From Caecitellus pseudoparvulus (taxonomy: Eukaryota; Protista; Bigyra: Bicosoecida), in assembly GCA_965644315.1 (NCBI GenBank), contig CBFFRQ010000042.1, forward strand, positions 186,001-250,000: DNA of 64,000 bases. Reading direction: 5' to 3'. Position 1 is the stretch's first letter, and the number at the start of each line of letters is the position of its first letter. Positions 13,201 through 21,512 of the stretch are shown here, one piece after another. The notes under the pieces were generated by a model. That model saw only the letters and a program-made list of their open reading frames with translations. It made no database searches and was not told the DNA's origin. The position numbers were made by a program, and so were the translations under genes.

Positions 13201-14921
13201 AGGAGGGAGAAGGAGCCATCTTTGGCCAGGATGCTGCTCGTGCCTGTGCGGCCCGGCGCAGTGCCTTCTTCGGCTCCCTGGCGGTGTGCCATGACACAGT
13301 TCAATGCCACGAGTGCGGCCGCTCCACGACCCACTGCGGGCGCTGCAGGCATGGCCTCTGTAACCAGCATGACATCGCAGAGTGCTGCCAGAGCCTTGGC
13401 TCGCACGCTGGGCGACTTGTCGCTGACGCGTCGGACAAGCATGTCCAGGAGCACCACGGCAGTCGCAATGCCTGGGCCGTCACCCACCGTCTCCACGCTC
13501 AGCAAGGGTGCACCAGGGGACAATGAACCACCGCCAGAGTGCGGCGTGAGGGATGGGAAGGGTGTGAATGGGGACGCACAGGCGGAGCCACCACCCATGG
13601 ACCTGCGGGCCGATGCTGGTCGAGATGTCACTGGAGAGGCAAGTTTTCCACGGGGGGATGAGAAAGCACCTTCCTCGTCGTCTGCCTCCTCGTCGTCGCT
13701 GTCGTCTGGGGTCGGCATGGCTCGAGCCAAGTGTGCCTGTGCGGCGTTGGCCTGAGCATCATCCATCCACACTGTCCCCGAACACTGCACAAGCAAAGAG
13801 GATAACACCTCCACGCCCATGGCCCGGAAGCCTGCCTTGCGGTGTGTGCACAGGCGCCCGAGGAAGCGGGTGAAGTGGCGCCGGAGGTTGTGCGGCAGCA
13901 AGGTGTACACCGACACAACGGCATCAGCAGCCACCGCTCGTGCATCTGCTCGGTCTGGAGTCCCAACACAAAGGTGCTGCGCAAGGGCTGCCGCCCCTGG
14001 CAGGCGTTCCCACACCGAGAGCGGGAGAATGGCATCGTCACCCGCGCTGGCTCGCTGCTCAGGGGACATGGCCTCAACGACTGGCACTGTCCATGGGGCG
14101 GAGGGGAGGGAGACCGTTGTGCCTCGGAGGGGTGGTGGCGGCGTCCAGGACAGCAGCCGCTCCAGCACACGGGTGCCTGCCAGCTGCACGCGCCTGCGGG
14201 CAGAGCCCTGCACCAGCACATCCTTCAGGGCTTTCATGACGAGACGGGACACCATCGTGACCTCTCCGTGTCGGGCATGCACGACGTGCACCATGGCATC
14301 TTCTGTGATAGAGGGGATGTCCCCCAAAGCTGGAAAGGCAGCGAGGCTCATGGCAGCCGCGATGGTGGACACCAGCTGGGGCAACAGGTCAGCCGTTAGC
14401 GCAAGGGAGAAAGCTCCGCAGGCCAGCAGGCTGGACAGAGACCGCAAGGCGAATGAGATGGCAGCCACGGAATCTGATTCATATACATCGTCGCTGGATC
14501 CTTTCTTTGCCAGCTCTGTTTGAGCGCTTTCGACTGCATCCCGCAGAGTGCGTGCGGCACTGCGGAAAGTGAAGGATTGCCACACGCCTGCCAGTCTGCC
14601 AGGGCTGTGCAGCAGGCAGAAGTACACTCCCGCAGCCGAAACTTGGATGGCATCAAAGCCATCAGCGACAACACAGTTGTGCAGTTGCACCAGCAGTTTG
14701 ATGTGCGCGGCAGGGTCCACCTGGGCAAATGCTTGCCAGACAGCGTCCCCAGCGTTTCCAGCCAAGGCCGTGCCGAGCTCTTGCAAGTGCTCCGCGCTGA
14801 GCGATCCAGTTGGGACACTGGGCACTGCTTCAATCATTGAAGGCGGAAGATCATCTACAGGCACATCAAGTGTGCCCAGGCTCGCCAGGCAATCAGCCAG
14901 TGCCGTGTCTGTCAAGGCCAT
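10215..14921 (-). CDS. NCAPD3: Condensin II HEAT-repeat subunit CAP-D3
   Basis: Cnd1-type block HAFITLGKLCLRD...LAKR...RCNSLIILADLCCRYTSMVDRYIP...LVRRQAL...DYVKWRG, HEAT repeats (DKSPSVRAKAL, DERSHVRRAA, DSSVLVRKAA) and an S/T-P-rich basic tail. Start placed at ATG 14921 (MALTD); the upstream open frame overlaps RRP7. Confidence 0.9.
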   Translation of the reverse strand: MALTDTALADCLASLGTLDVPVDDLPPSMIEAVPSVPTGSLSAEHLQELGTALAGNAGDAVWQAFAQVDPAAHIKLLVQLHNCVVADGFDAIQVSAAGVYFCLLHSPGRLAGVWQSFTFRSAARTLRDAVESAQTELAKKGSSDDVYESDSVAAISFALRSLSSLLACGAFSLALTADLLPQLVSTIAAAMSLAAFPALGDIPSITEDAMVHVVHARHGEVTMVSRLVMKALKDVLVQGSARRRVQLAGTRVLERLLSWTPPPPLRGTTVSLPSAPWTVPVVEAMSPEQRASAGDDAILPLSVWERLPGAAALAQHLCVGTPDRADARAVAADAVVSVYTLLPHNLRRHFTRFLGRLCTHRKAGFRAMGVEVLSSLLVQCSGTVWMDDAQANAAQAHLARAMPTPDDSDDEEADDEEGAFSSPRGKLASPVTSRPASARRSMGGGSACASPFTPFPSLTPHSGGGSLSPGAPLLSVETVGDGPGIATAVVLLDMLVRRVSDKSPSVRAKALAALCDVMLVTEAMPAAPAVGRGAAALVALNCVMAHRQGAEEGTAPGRTGTSSILAKDGSFSLLPLLIKRMDDERSHVRRAAIQAIVTAAQLGGQCFASIADALPVQEGVTLAELQEAAEKTLMQPPSRCVGAYALQVMATKCDDSSVLVRKAAMAALSDILVLEPGTPCVQEAWLAGVLPIACSNEASEAARAAECFARCALQPILTGESAVAAPAWTMLGSVAMSPDLSTCLSAALQGVLRASDTGAKPSQASIKVASLIKSLRASGAASASHREFTGAWTLLGGLADALAQVGAQLSSATLRAVAPLAGWGWEQALAVMSAPTQDTLPALGDMLRLVATLAAYLPAATAAAASAKLATALCRASTVEALTGDALSAAVHATAATAFATGGAGAQEWHADVVAAIEKALSSSVGSSGQRNEALALKYLSVLGELALLGVTPDSDDDKATAPAAASTALSEGARKLACGDCSKLPRAAISAHVVTLVQALVMPGSSDGSTSVDATMVTMGSAATGLGSASRARQLRAHAFITLGKLCLRDSSLAKRMVPALVRELVSASTPVSVRCNSLIILADLCCRYTSMVDRYIPDIAACLRDDHPLVRRQALGVLTQLLAQDYVKWRGPLFYRYVACLVDSDEGVRGLATAALSGPLLTKNPHLLSSHFVDTLFVLTGCESHPAARDVIAQLKASVGLRKDGGSAAAAWSNLAMPGQSGQRLRATVYSRLLGLMTPEQRLTVASKLTLDVLGAVVDGTMPLEEGGSAALGTPCGAGSDENMTTTDLCKEVFSILRSKDIRSGVAAGAGEADAGTVPAPEGVELGGAAAVAAGLEAAKSRLLGKMARKHTVENLVPVLVALRGVLLERRSPLIGELTRYLRLLWRECGDDIQDALASDPQLLAELKYDMEHMQGGRSARGLAARARDSMGGAAPAQELFAAAGAGSDTPATQRTLPRSPASPPNSAPPVGGAAAALASTPTPRVKRARVAKASPVVQSRKGKRRLEPVDGGSAAGLAALAAPKAVLMPSPAANTSEATPRQWPVTPASKRARPEAGRAPDAAEG

Positions 14922-15075
14922 GGTGCTAACGGCTGATGGCGAGAGTCGGCAGCTCGCCAGGGGCGTGCGCCCGCTTGGCTCGCCCAAACAAGCGGGGAAA
15001 CCCAGAGCAAGCAAGGCAGGCCAGGGCCTTTCGTCCTTAAAAAGGCATCGTGGACTTGTCGCCTGTGCGCTGAGT

Positions 15076-15981
15076 TCATTTGAATTTGCGCTGTGCGCGC
15101 TTTGCCTTGGCGGCTGCCACCTTCGCCCGGTCAGCTTCGAATGCCGCTTGCAGAGCCGTGAGCCGAGAAGCGCGCGCCTCCTTGCGCTGAAAGCGATAGA
15201 AGTCAGTCTTCTCCAGGTTGCCGCGCTTGAGCTTGCGTTTGGCGTTGCTGCTGAGCATGTGGCTGGCAGAACGACCAACGCCAGCCATGCCCGCCGCAGC
15301 AGCTGCTGCAGCGGATAGCTCGGCACCCGCGCCTGCGGACACAGCCCGGTGTCCCGAGCGGTGCCGCTTCGCTTTCTTCCTGGATACCTTGATGAAGCCA
15401 TCGGCGTCTGGGCCGTCCCCAGCGGCGTCTGCCGCAGCTTCCGCTGCAGCCTCGGCAGCATCGAACTGCGTCATGAACACGTCCAGTGCGCGCTGCAGCA
15501 CGCGTTCCCCGAGCACAGAGTCTGTCTGACGATATCGCCACGCGTCCAGCCCTGCGTCTGAAAGGCCGCCCTCTGGCACTGGCGCGCCGCTGGCTTGCAC
15601 GGCACTGCCAGCATACTGAAGACGTCGCAAGGAGCGTGCAGCTTCCGGGGTGTCCATGGTCACGCCCCACAGCGTCAAGTGATCACCCGGAATAGGTGCG
15701 GCACTCGCACTCTGTACGTCGCCTGCCCTTGCAAGGTGGGTGTGAAGGTCCTCTTCAGACATGCTGGCTGGAGCCAGGACAGTGGAAAAGTTGTTCGGCT
15801 GCGCTCCGCAGGCAGGGGCTACAAGGAGGTGCACGGGCTCCATGCGCCCTTCATCCCCAACAGCAACATGATTGAACCGGGGGGGGAGCGTGAGATCGGA
15901 AGGGGGGCTGCGAGGGCGCTTCTGACCACGCTTGTGGCCGCTGCCTGAAGCGGTTGCGGAAATTGCCTTCCCCCGTGGCAT
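15076..15981 (-). CDS. RRP7: Ribosomal RNA-processing protein 7 (SSU processome/CURI)
   Basis: C-terminal RRP7 signature PDADGFIKVSRK...DFYRFQRKEAR...FEADRAKV...RKFK, plus a degenerate RRM-like N-terminal part. First ATG is 15981. Confidence 0.88.
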   Translation of the reverse strand: MPRGKAISATASGSGHKRGQKRPRSPPSDLTLPPRFNHVAVGDEGRMEPVHLLVAPACGAQPNNFSTVLAPASMSEEDLHTHLARAGDVQSASAAPIPGDHLTLWGVTMDTPEAARSLRRLQYAGSAVQASGAPVPEGGLSDAGLDAWRYRQTDSVLGERVLQRALDVFMTQFDAAEAAAEAAADAAGDGPDADGFIKVSRKKAKRHRSGHRAVSAGAGAELSAAAAAAAGMAGVGRSASHMLSSNAKRKLKRGNLEKTDFYRFQRKEARASRLTALQAAFEADRAKVAAAKAKRAQRKFK

Positions 15982-16095
15982 GCTGTTGCTCGTGACGTGA
16001 CGCTCCCAGTGGGCGACAAGGAGGCGGCCGCACGGCAGGAATGCCAACGTGAACGGGAGTGCGTGGGCTGTCGGGCTTCGATTGTGTTCAAGGTC

Positions 16096-18967
16096 CTAGC
16101 TATGCACAACGGCGTCCACTGCGGCCACGATGCTGGGGGGGATGAAGGGGATGCGTAAGACAGCCTCCCAGTCCTTGGCCGCCTCCTCATCATCGCACAC
16201 GACAGAGTTCATGGGAACGACCCACTGACCAAGGTCCAATTCTTTCAAGGCGGCTTCCGCGCCCTCCTTGCCCACTGCACCCTCGCTCGACAGCGGTTCC
16301 CACACCACGTCTGTGCTTGCCAAGGGCTCCCCGGACAACTTGCCCGTGGGCACTTGCTGGCGGACTTCCTTGCCTAGCACTGCACGCTGGACCCACGCCG
16401 GCAAAATGTGGTACGAGGCAGGCGGCAGGACGCTGATGAGCTGGGTAAGTGGGTCCACTGGTGCCCCTAGCACGAACGGCTGTACCGCCTCGGAGCTCGG
16501 AGCGGAAGGCGCAAGCGACGCCACCAGGCTCAGCGCTGCAAGGTCCGAGGCAAATGGCGCGTAGTGGTGCGGGTAGAACCACGCCCAGTCCGGCACCCCC
16601 CTGAAGTAGTACTGCATGACGAAGGCCAGCCCCCGCAAGAAGCCCTGTGTGATGTGCAAAAGCTCTGGCGCTGTGGGGTAGCTGTCCCGGGTGGGCTGAG
16701 ACACCACCGCAGCCAGTGCACCCCACTCCAGCGTGGCACTGTTCTCCGTCATCCAGCCAAGCTTGGAGAAGTAGTGCTCGGCACGTGCAGCTTCCCAGGT
16801 GATGTTGCCTGCTCCAGTGTGCGGGTCCACGCCGTGCGGCTGCTGAGCCACGTGCAGAACACGCCCAGCGTCGCCGATGTCTGCCAGCGCCGCTGCTGCT
16901 ACCGCCAAATCATCAGTCTGGGAAGACTGCGTGGAGCCCAGCGACTGGGCGTCAGCTTCCGGGGGTGCCCTGTCCTCATCCGTGTCGTCGCCGAACACGG
17001 CCGCTGCGATGTCGTACGGGTCGAAGGGCGCCTCCCCTTCGCCAGAGCCTACAGGCACCTCGGGCGCAGCGGGGCCATCTTCAGGCACGCCCGGTGCCTC
17101 CTTGGCCAGAGCAGTGTGCAAGGCGTCCAGGGCAGATGTGAGGGCGGCGTGCTCTGCTCGAAGGACTGCTTGGGAGGCACACACTCGCACGAGGCACCCA
17201 ATAGACAACCCATGCAGCAGGAACGCCACGGCCCGTTCTTGCCCAGTTGCAGCAGCCCGGCAAGGCAGTCGCATCGTGGTTTCTGGCAGGTGCTGTGTGC
17301 TGAGCAGCGTTACAGGCAAGCCAGATGGGTGGTGGGGCCACGGCTCACCCCCACACAAGCTGCTGAGAGCTGGGATCAAGACCCCTGTCCACAGCCCTTC
17401 AATGAGAGCATCCAGCCCCAGCCCCTTGTGGCCAGAGAGAGCGCTGCGGACTGTTTTCCGCATGGACAGGCCGGGGAGGGGTGGCAGAAAGTCATTGCCC
17501 ACCAGCGTCAAGAGAGCGATAAAGTCGTCAACTGCGGCTGTGAGCAGCCAATACAACATCGGGTGCACGGGCACAGACGTGTCACCGACGGAGAAGAGGC
17601 GGCGTGCAGCTCCAAGCTGTGCGCCTGTGAGCCAGGCAGGGGTGGGGCTTGACTTCCCCGCATCTTGCAACGCAGCAGCGAGGGCTGTGCCTCTGGACAG
17701 CAGCATGGTGGACAGGGCCACCCATAAAGCCTGCACATCAACCACTTCAAACGTGACAGGCTGCTCGTGTCCCGGCGCTGTCGCTGCGCCTGAGCTGGGT
17801 GCGGCGCCTGAGGGTAGCGCTGAGTCTGAGGCGCCTGGCTCCGTGACAAGCTCCGTGTCAGCGCCTTCGCCAGGCGGCGCACCGTCAGTCTGTATCGCAT
17901 GACACTCTTGTGCGGCTCTTGCGGCACGCTGCTCTTTGCGCAGCCGGTGCTTGCGCCCGCGACTGCGCCCGTTTCGCCCCCTCGCAGGTGTGGCAGCCTC
18001 CTTCCGCCGCTGGGTGGCTCGGGAAGCTGGCCGTAAGATACTGCACAGGATCGGAACATCTGCTGGATGAACACAGGGCAAGGGATCGCTTGCTGGGTGG
18101 CTGGCTTGCTCGTGTGCTGCCTGCTTATGCCACTGGTTGGACAGGCCGAGCAGAAGCGGCAGCCAGTCGGCGTCGTTTCCGAAAACTGTCACGCGCAAGG
18201 GCAGTACCAATGCATCCCGCCAGGCAGCCGTCCCGGTGAAAACAAGGGGCGCCTCGCCGACGAAGACTTCTTCAACCGCTGCTCGCAGCTGCGTGGCACC
18301 TGGGCTTGCGGCCACGGCACGGAGCACAGCCATGATCTTGTGCTCACCTTCTCCAGAGGAGGCTGTTGTGCTCAAGACAACATCAACTTGACACCAGGGC
18401 TCCGCGTGGTCCCCACGAGAAGCCAGGCCTTCGGCCAACGCAGTCTGCAGGGCTGCCATGAAAGCTGTGCCAGGTGTGAGCCCGTTGCTCTCGTACAGTG
18501 GCAGGTTAGCGCTGTGCTTGCGTGCAGGCTGCCCTGCCTCAGCCGGCATGCCTGCCATGTAGGCAGCCCACTCTGTTCCAGAGGCGTACCTTCGGGAGCG
18601 CTGCTGGTTCATCTTTGCGCGAGGAGCCACGCCATCGATGGAGATGTACACGCAGCCCGTCGGACTGACGGCATTTGTCATGTCCCTCAGCATGCCCAGT
18701 GCAACCTCAGTTACCAAGCCCGCAGCTGCTGGGGTGGCTGGCAGGGCACATTGTATTCTTTTGGCAGCTTCCGCGGCTGCCACGTGCAGGATGGCTGTGA
18801 GGGGCGAAGTCCAGTCAAGATGGCCGGTGGGGCCAGTCGTGCTGGGGCTTGGCAATCTTACCGTTTGCATCTACGAAGAGCACACTGGCTCTGTGATCCG
18901 GCTGCTTGAAAGCCTTCGCTATTTTTAAGTGCTTCACAGCCCAGTAGAAGAACACTGGGATGCCCAT
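16096..18967 (-). CDS. XRN-family 5'-3' exoribonuclease, catalytic core only; exons 18967-18862, 18794-16096
   Basis: An exon missed by the ORF track gives MGIPVFFYW...LFVDAN|AILH across a 67-nt intron. Conserved motifs DGVAPRAKMNQQRSRR, SNGLTPGTAFM, GEGEHKI, GNDAD, VGNDFLP, YYFRGVPDWAWFYPHHYAPFASDL, QLISVLP and WEAVLRIPFI are present. Confidence 0.93.
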
Positions 18968-19129
18968 GGCTGACTGGCGAAGTGCGGCGTGGGTGGCCCG
19001 AGAAAGTCCTCACCACGCCAACCTTGCCGCCAAGCTAGGTGGGCAAAGGTTGGGCCAAGCAGCCTGAAGGTGCACGGGCGGGCATTCGTGGCTGCAAGTG
19101 GACACTGGAGATTCGACACCACGTCATAG

Positions 19130-19370
19130 GTGAGAGATTGCGTTTCGGTGGGATGGGAAGTGTACTGGGCCGACACCTGCACGGGCAACCAGTTCTGGGG
19201 GCCTCGCCAAGGCAGCGGGCAGGGTCGAGAGAGGGCGATGGCTGTACACTTTCCCATGCCAGGCAACCCCCGAACCCCGTTGACTGGATACTTGCAGCAG
19301 GCCCCAGGTTGTTGCGCAAGTCCTCGCAGGAGGCAGGGTTCGGGCAAAGTTCGCCTCTTCGCTTCTGCAG
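19130..19370 (+). other. Putative 241-nt 5'-UTR intron of the NIPA-like gene containing two long hairpins
   Basis: AG|GTGAGA donor and a pyrimidine-rich TGCAG acceptor 2 nt before ATG 19373. Inverted repeats 19153-19165/19244-19257 and 19269-19277/19336-19344 with nested inner stems. Confidence 0.5.
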
Positions 19371-19372
19371 AA

Positions 19373-21367
19373 ATGGGCCAGCGCACCTGGGCTTTCGTAG
19401 TCCTCTGCCTTGTCTTCGCCGGTGTGGCAAGGAAGGGCCGGTGCACCACAGTGCACCTGTGCGGCACGTCATGTGGGATGCACATGCAGGGGGACGGCGT
19501 GTGTGCAGGGCGCGCGAGCTACCGGGCCTGCCCCGTGGCCAACGCCAGCAGAATGCTTGCGGGATTTGCCAGCACCATCGCTCCTCAACGGCCGCAGCTG
19601 GCCGGTGCTTGCATGGAAGCTGTGCAACTGCTGGCCTGCCGGACGTCCTACGAAGTGTGCGAATTCGAGCGAGTTACGGTTCCCCTCTGCGCCGGCGATG
19701 CGGCCAGCGTGATTGAATCAGCTTGCGGGTCCGCAGTGGCCAGGCTGGTGGCAGAGGCTCCAGCCCTGGCACAGCTGTCCGCTGCTCAGGGCTCAGGGAC
19801 TGACACTTGCGCCCCAATGCGGTTTGCAGAGTACTCGTCTTGGGTTTGGGCAGTAGGCCTGGCGGTGCTGGTGGTGGCAGACATGATCACAGGCGTCGGA
19901 GCCAAGATGATGCTGATGGGCTCGTGGCAAGCTGGCGCGAGAGGCTCCAGCGCCAGGTGCAACGCTACATGGCTGACTGGCTCTGCATTTGCCCTGGCAG
20001 GGGTAGTGGGTCACACTGTTGCATTAGGCATGGCCCCGTTGGCCGCTCTAGCGCCCTTGATGGCCTTGGCTGTGCTGGCGTACCGCAGCCAAGGCGGCGC
20101 TGGGCAGCCAGCTGGCATCGGCGGCTGGCGTGCTGGGGCAATGCTTTTGTTGATCCTCTGTCTCCTCTTACTGGCCCCGAGCAGCAACCCACGCTACACA
20201 CTGTACGGCATCGCGTGGCTGCTCTCACAAGACCGCGCGCTCGTGGGCGGCGTGCTCTGCGCGGCAGCTCTCTTGGCGCTGGCTGTCGTGTACACTTACG
20301 CAGCACGCAGCCCGACGCCTGCTGGGCTGGCGGTGCAGGACAGCATGTCCCCTGCGCACTTGGGCGCATGCGCTCAACTGCGCTCCGCCTCCACGAGGGT
20401 GTCGGCTCTGGCCAGCGCTGCAGGCTTGCTGTGCGCTGTGGGTGCTGTGTGTGGGAAGGGGTTCGTGGAGATCGCGCTGGGCGTTGGCGTGGGGTACAAG
20501 GGGCAGCCATTTCAAGCAGCTCTACCATTCATTCTTGGTGCTGTGTGGCTTGCAGCTGCGTGTGGGCAGGCAAGCCTCCTCTCGCCAACACTGCAGCGAA
20601 GCGGGTCGGCCGGCGCTCTCGGCGTGTACTACGCAGTCGTCACGTTTGCCACTGGAGTTGGCGGGGGGGCATTTTGGGGCGAGTTGGCTTCTGTGTCCTC
20701 TGTTCGCGCCGCTGGATATGTAGCTTTGATGGCATTACTAGCCGTGGTGCTGGCCAGTGCAGTGGTGCCGACGCTGTCGTGGGCAGGAGCACCAACACCT
20801 CGCGTCGGCTCAGTGGGTGCAGGGGTGCCTCACCGCGTGGCCCTGCCCAATTCCACGGTGCTGCCCCCGCTGCCCACTGCAGAGAGCTTGGAAGCTGGCT
20901 CCATGAAGCCATCCCTGGTGCCTGGTGCTATTGTCCCACCTGGCAATGTGGCCACTGCAGCTCCCGGAACAGCGCGGCGGCTGCTTGGATGGTTCAACAA
21001 AGCTTCTGGAGACCCCTTCCACTATTCTGCTGTGGGCACGGAGGAGGCCAGGAGTGATGTGAGGCAGGAGAGGGTGGCGTCTGAGGCAGACTCATTGCTC
21101 AGTGAGCAGGGCTTGCGTGAAGGGGAGTATATGCTAGAGCTGGGGGAGTTTGGCGAGGCGGACGTCACATGGGCCGGCGTAGCGGAGGACACCGCTGGGG
21201 ATGGCGTCGACGTTTTCAGGGGAAGCGATGCTGGGGATAGTGATGCAGAGGTGCGAGGTGACACGAGCTCAGCACGCACTGTGTCCACGGCGCAGGGCCA
21301 GCGAAGCAGGGGTGGCTCGAGCTCCCCTCGCAGCAGCTCAGGCAGCTCGTTTTCAGGCTCCGAGTGA
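19373..21367 (+). CDS. NIPA-like (DMT superfamily) Mg2+ transporter with signal peptide and N-terminal Cys-rich, Frizzled-CRD-like domain
   Basis: Signal peptide (WAFVVLCLVFAG), Cys pattern ACMEAVQLLACRTSYEVC...PLC...SAC, then about 9 TM segments with NIPA-like blocks (WLTGSAFALAG...ALGMAPLAALAPLMAL; AVCGKG; VYYAVVTFATGVGGGAFWGE) and an acidic/Ser-rich tail. Confidence 0.7.
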   Translation: MGQRTWAFVVLCLVFAGVARKGRCTTVHLCGTSCGMHMQGDGVCAGRASYRACPVANASRMLAGFASTIAPQRPQLAGACMEAVQLLACRTSYEVCEFERVTVPLCAGDAASVIESACGSAVARLVAEAPALAQLSAAQGSGTDTCAPMRFAEYSSWVWAVGLAVLVVADMITGVGAKMMLMGSWQAGARGSSARCNATWLTGSAFALAGVVGHTVALGMAPLAALAPLMALAVLAYRSQGGAGQPAGIGGWRAGAMLLLILCLLLLAPSSNPRYTLYGIAWLLSQDRALVGGVLCAAALLALAVVYTYAARSPTPAGLAVQDSMSPAHLGACAQLRSASTRVSALASAAGLLCAVGAVCGKGFVEIALGVGVGYKGQPFQAALPFILGAVWLAAACGQASLLSPTLQRSGSAGALGVYYAVVTFATGVGGGAFWGELASVSSVRAAGYVALMALLAVVLASAVVPTLSWAGAPTPRVGSVGAGVPHRVALPNSTVLPPLPTAESLEAGSMKPSLVPGAIVPPGNVATAAPGTARRLLGWFNKASGDPFHYSAVGTEEARSDVRQERVASEADSLLSEQGLREGEYMLELGEFGEADVTWAGVAEDTAGDGVDVFRGSDAGDSDAEVRGDTSSARTVSTAQGQRSRGGSSSPRSSSGSSFSGSE

Positions 21368-21512
21368 ACGTAAGCCGGGCAAGCTTTGGCAGTGCCGACG
21401 CAGGCCTACATCTCCATTCCCGAGTGCTAGCAGAGTCGACACCATCATTTTCCGTAGTGAATCTTCTAGAGCAAGGTCGCTTCGCGCTTCTTTGTGTTGG
21501 GAGCTGCCGAGC

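Noticed and set aside
14922-15461. ORF-track N-terminal extension of CAP-D3 overlapping RRP7 on the same strand
   Set aside because: It starts at a non-ATG codon, is an alternative frame of RRP7 in GC-rich DNA, and has no CAP-D3-like content. ATG 14921 is a better start.
18986-19060. GAGAAAGTCC resembling RNase P/MRP conserved region I
   Set aside because: I found no complementary CR-V partner downstream, and there is no room for P1-P3 before the XRN start codon.
19260-19345. AACCCCCGAACCCC as a possible telomerase template or telomeric repeat
   Set aside because: It is one arm of a hairpin, not a tandem array, and does not match TTAGGG/TTTAGGG-type repeats.
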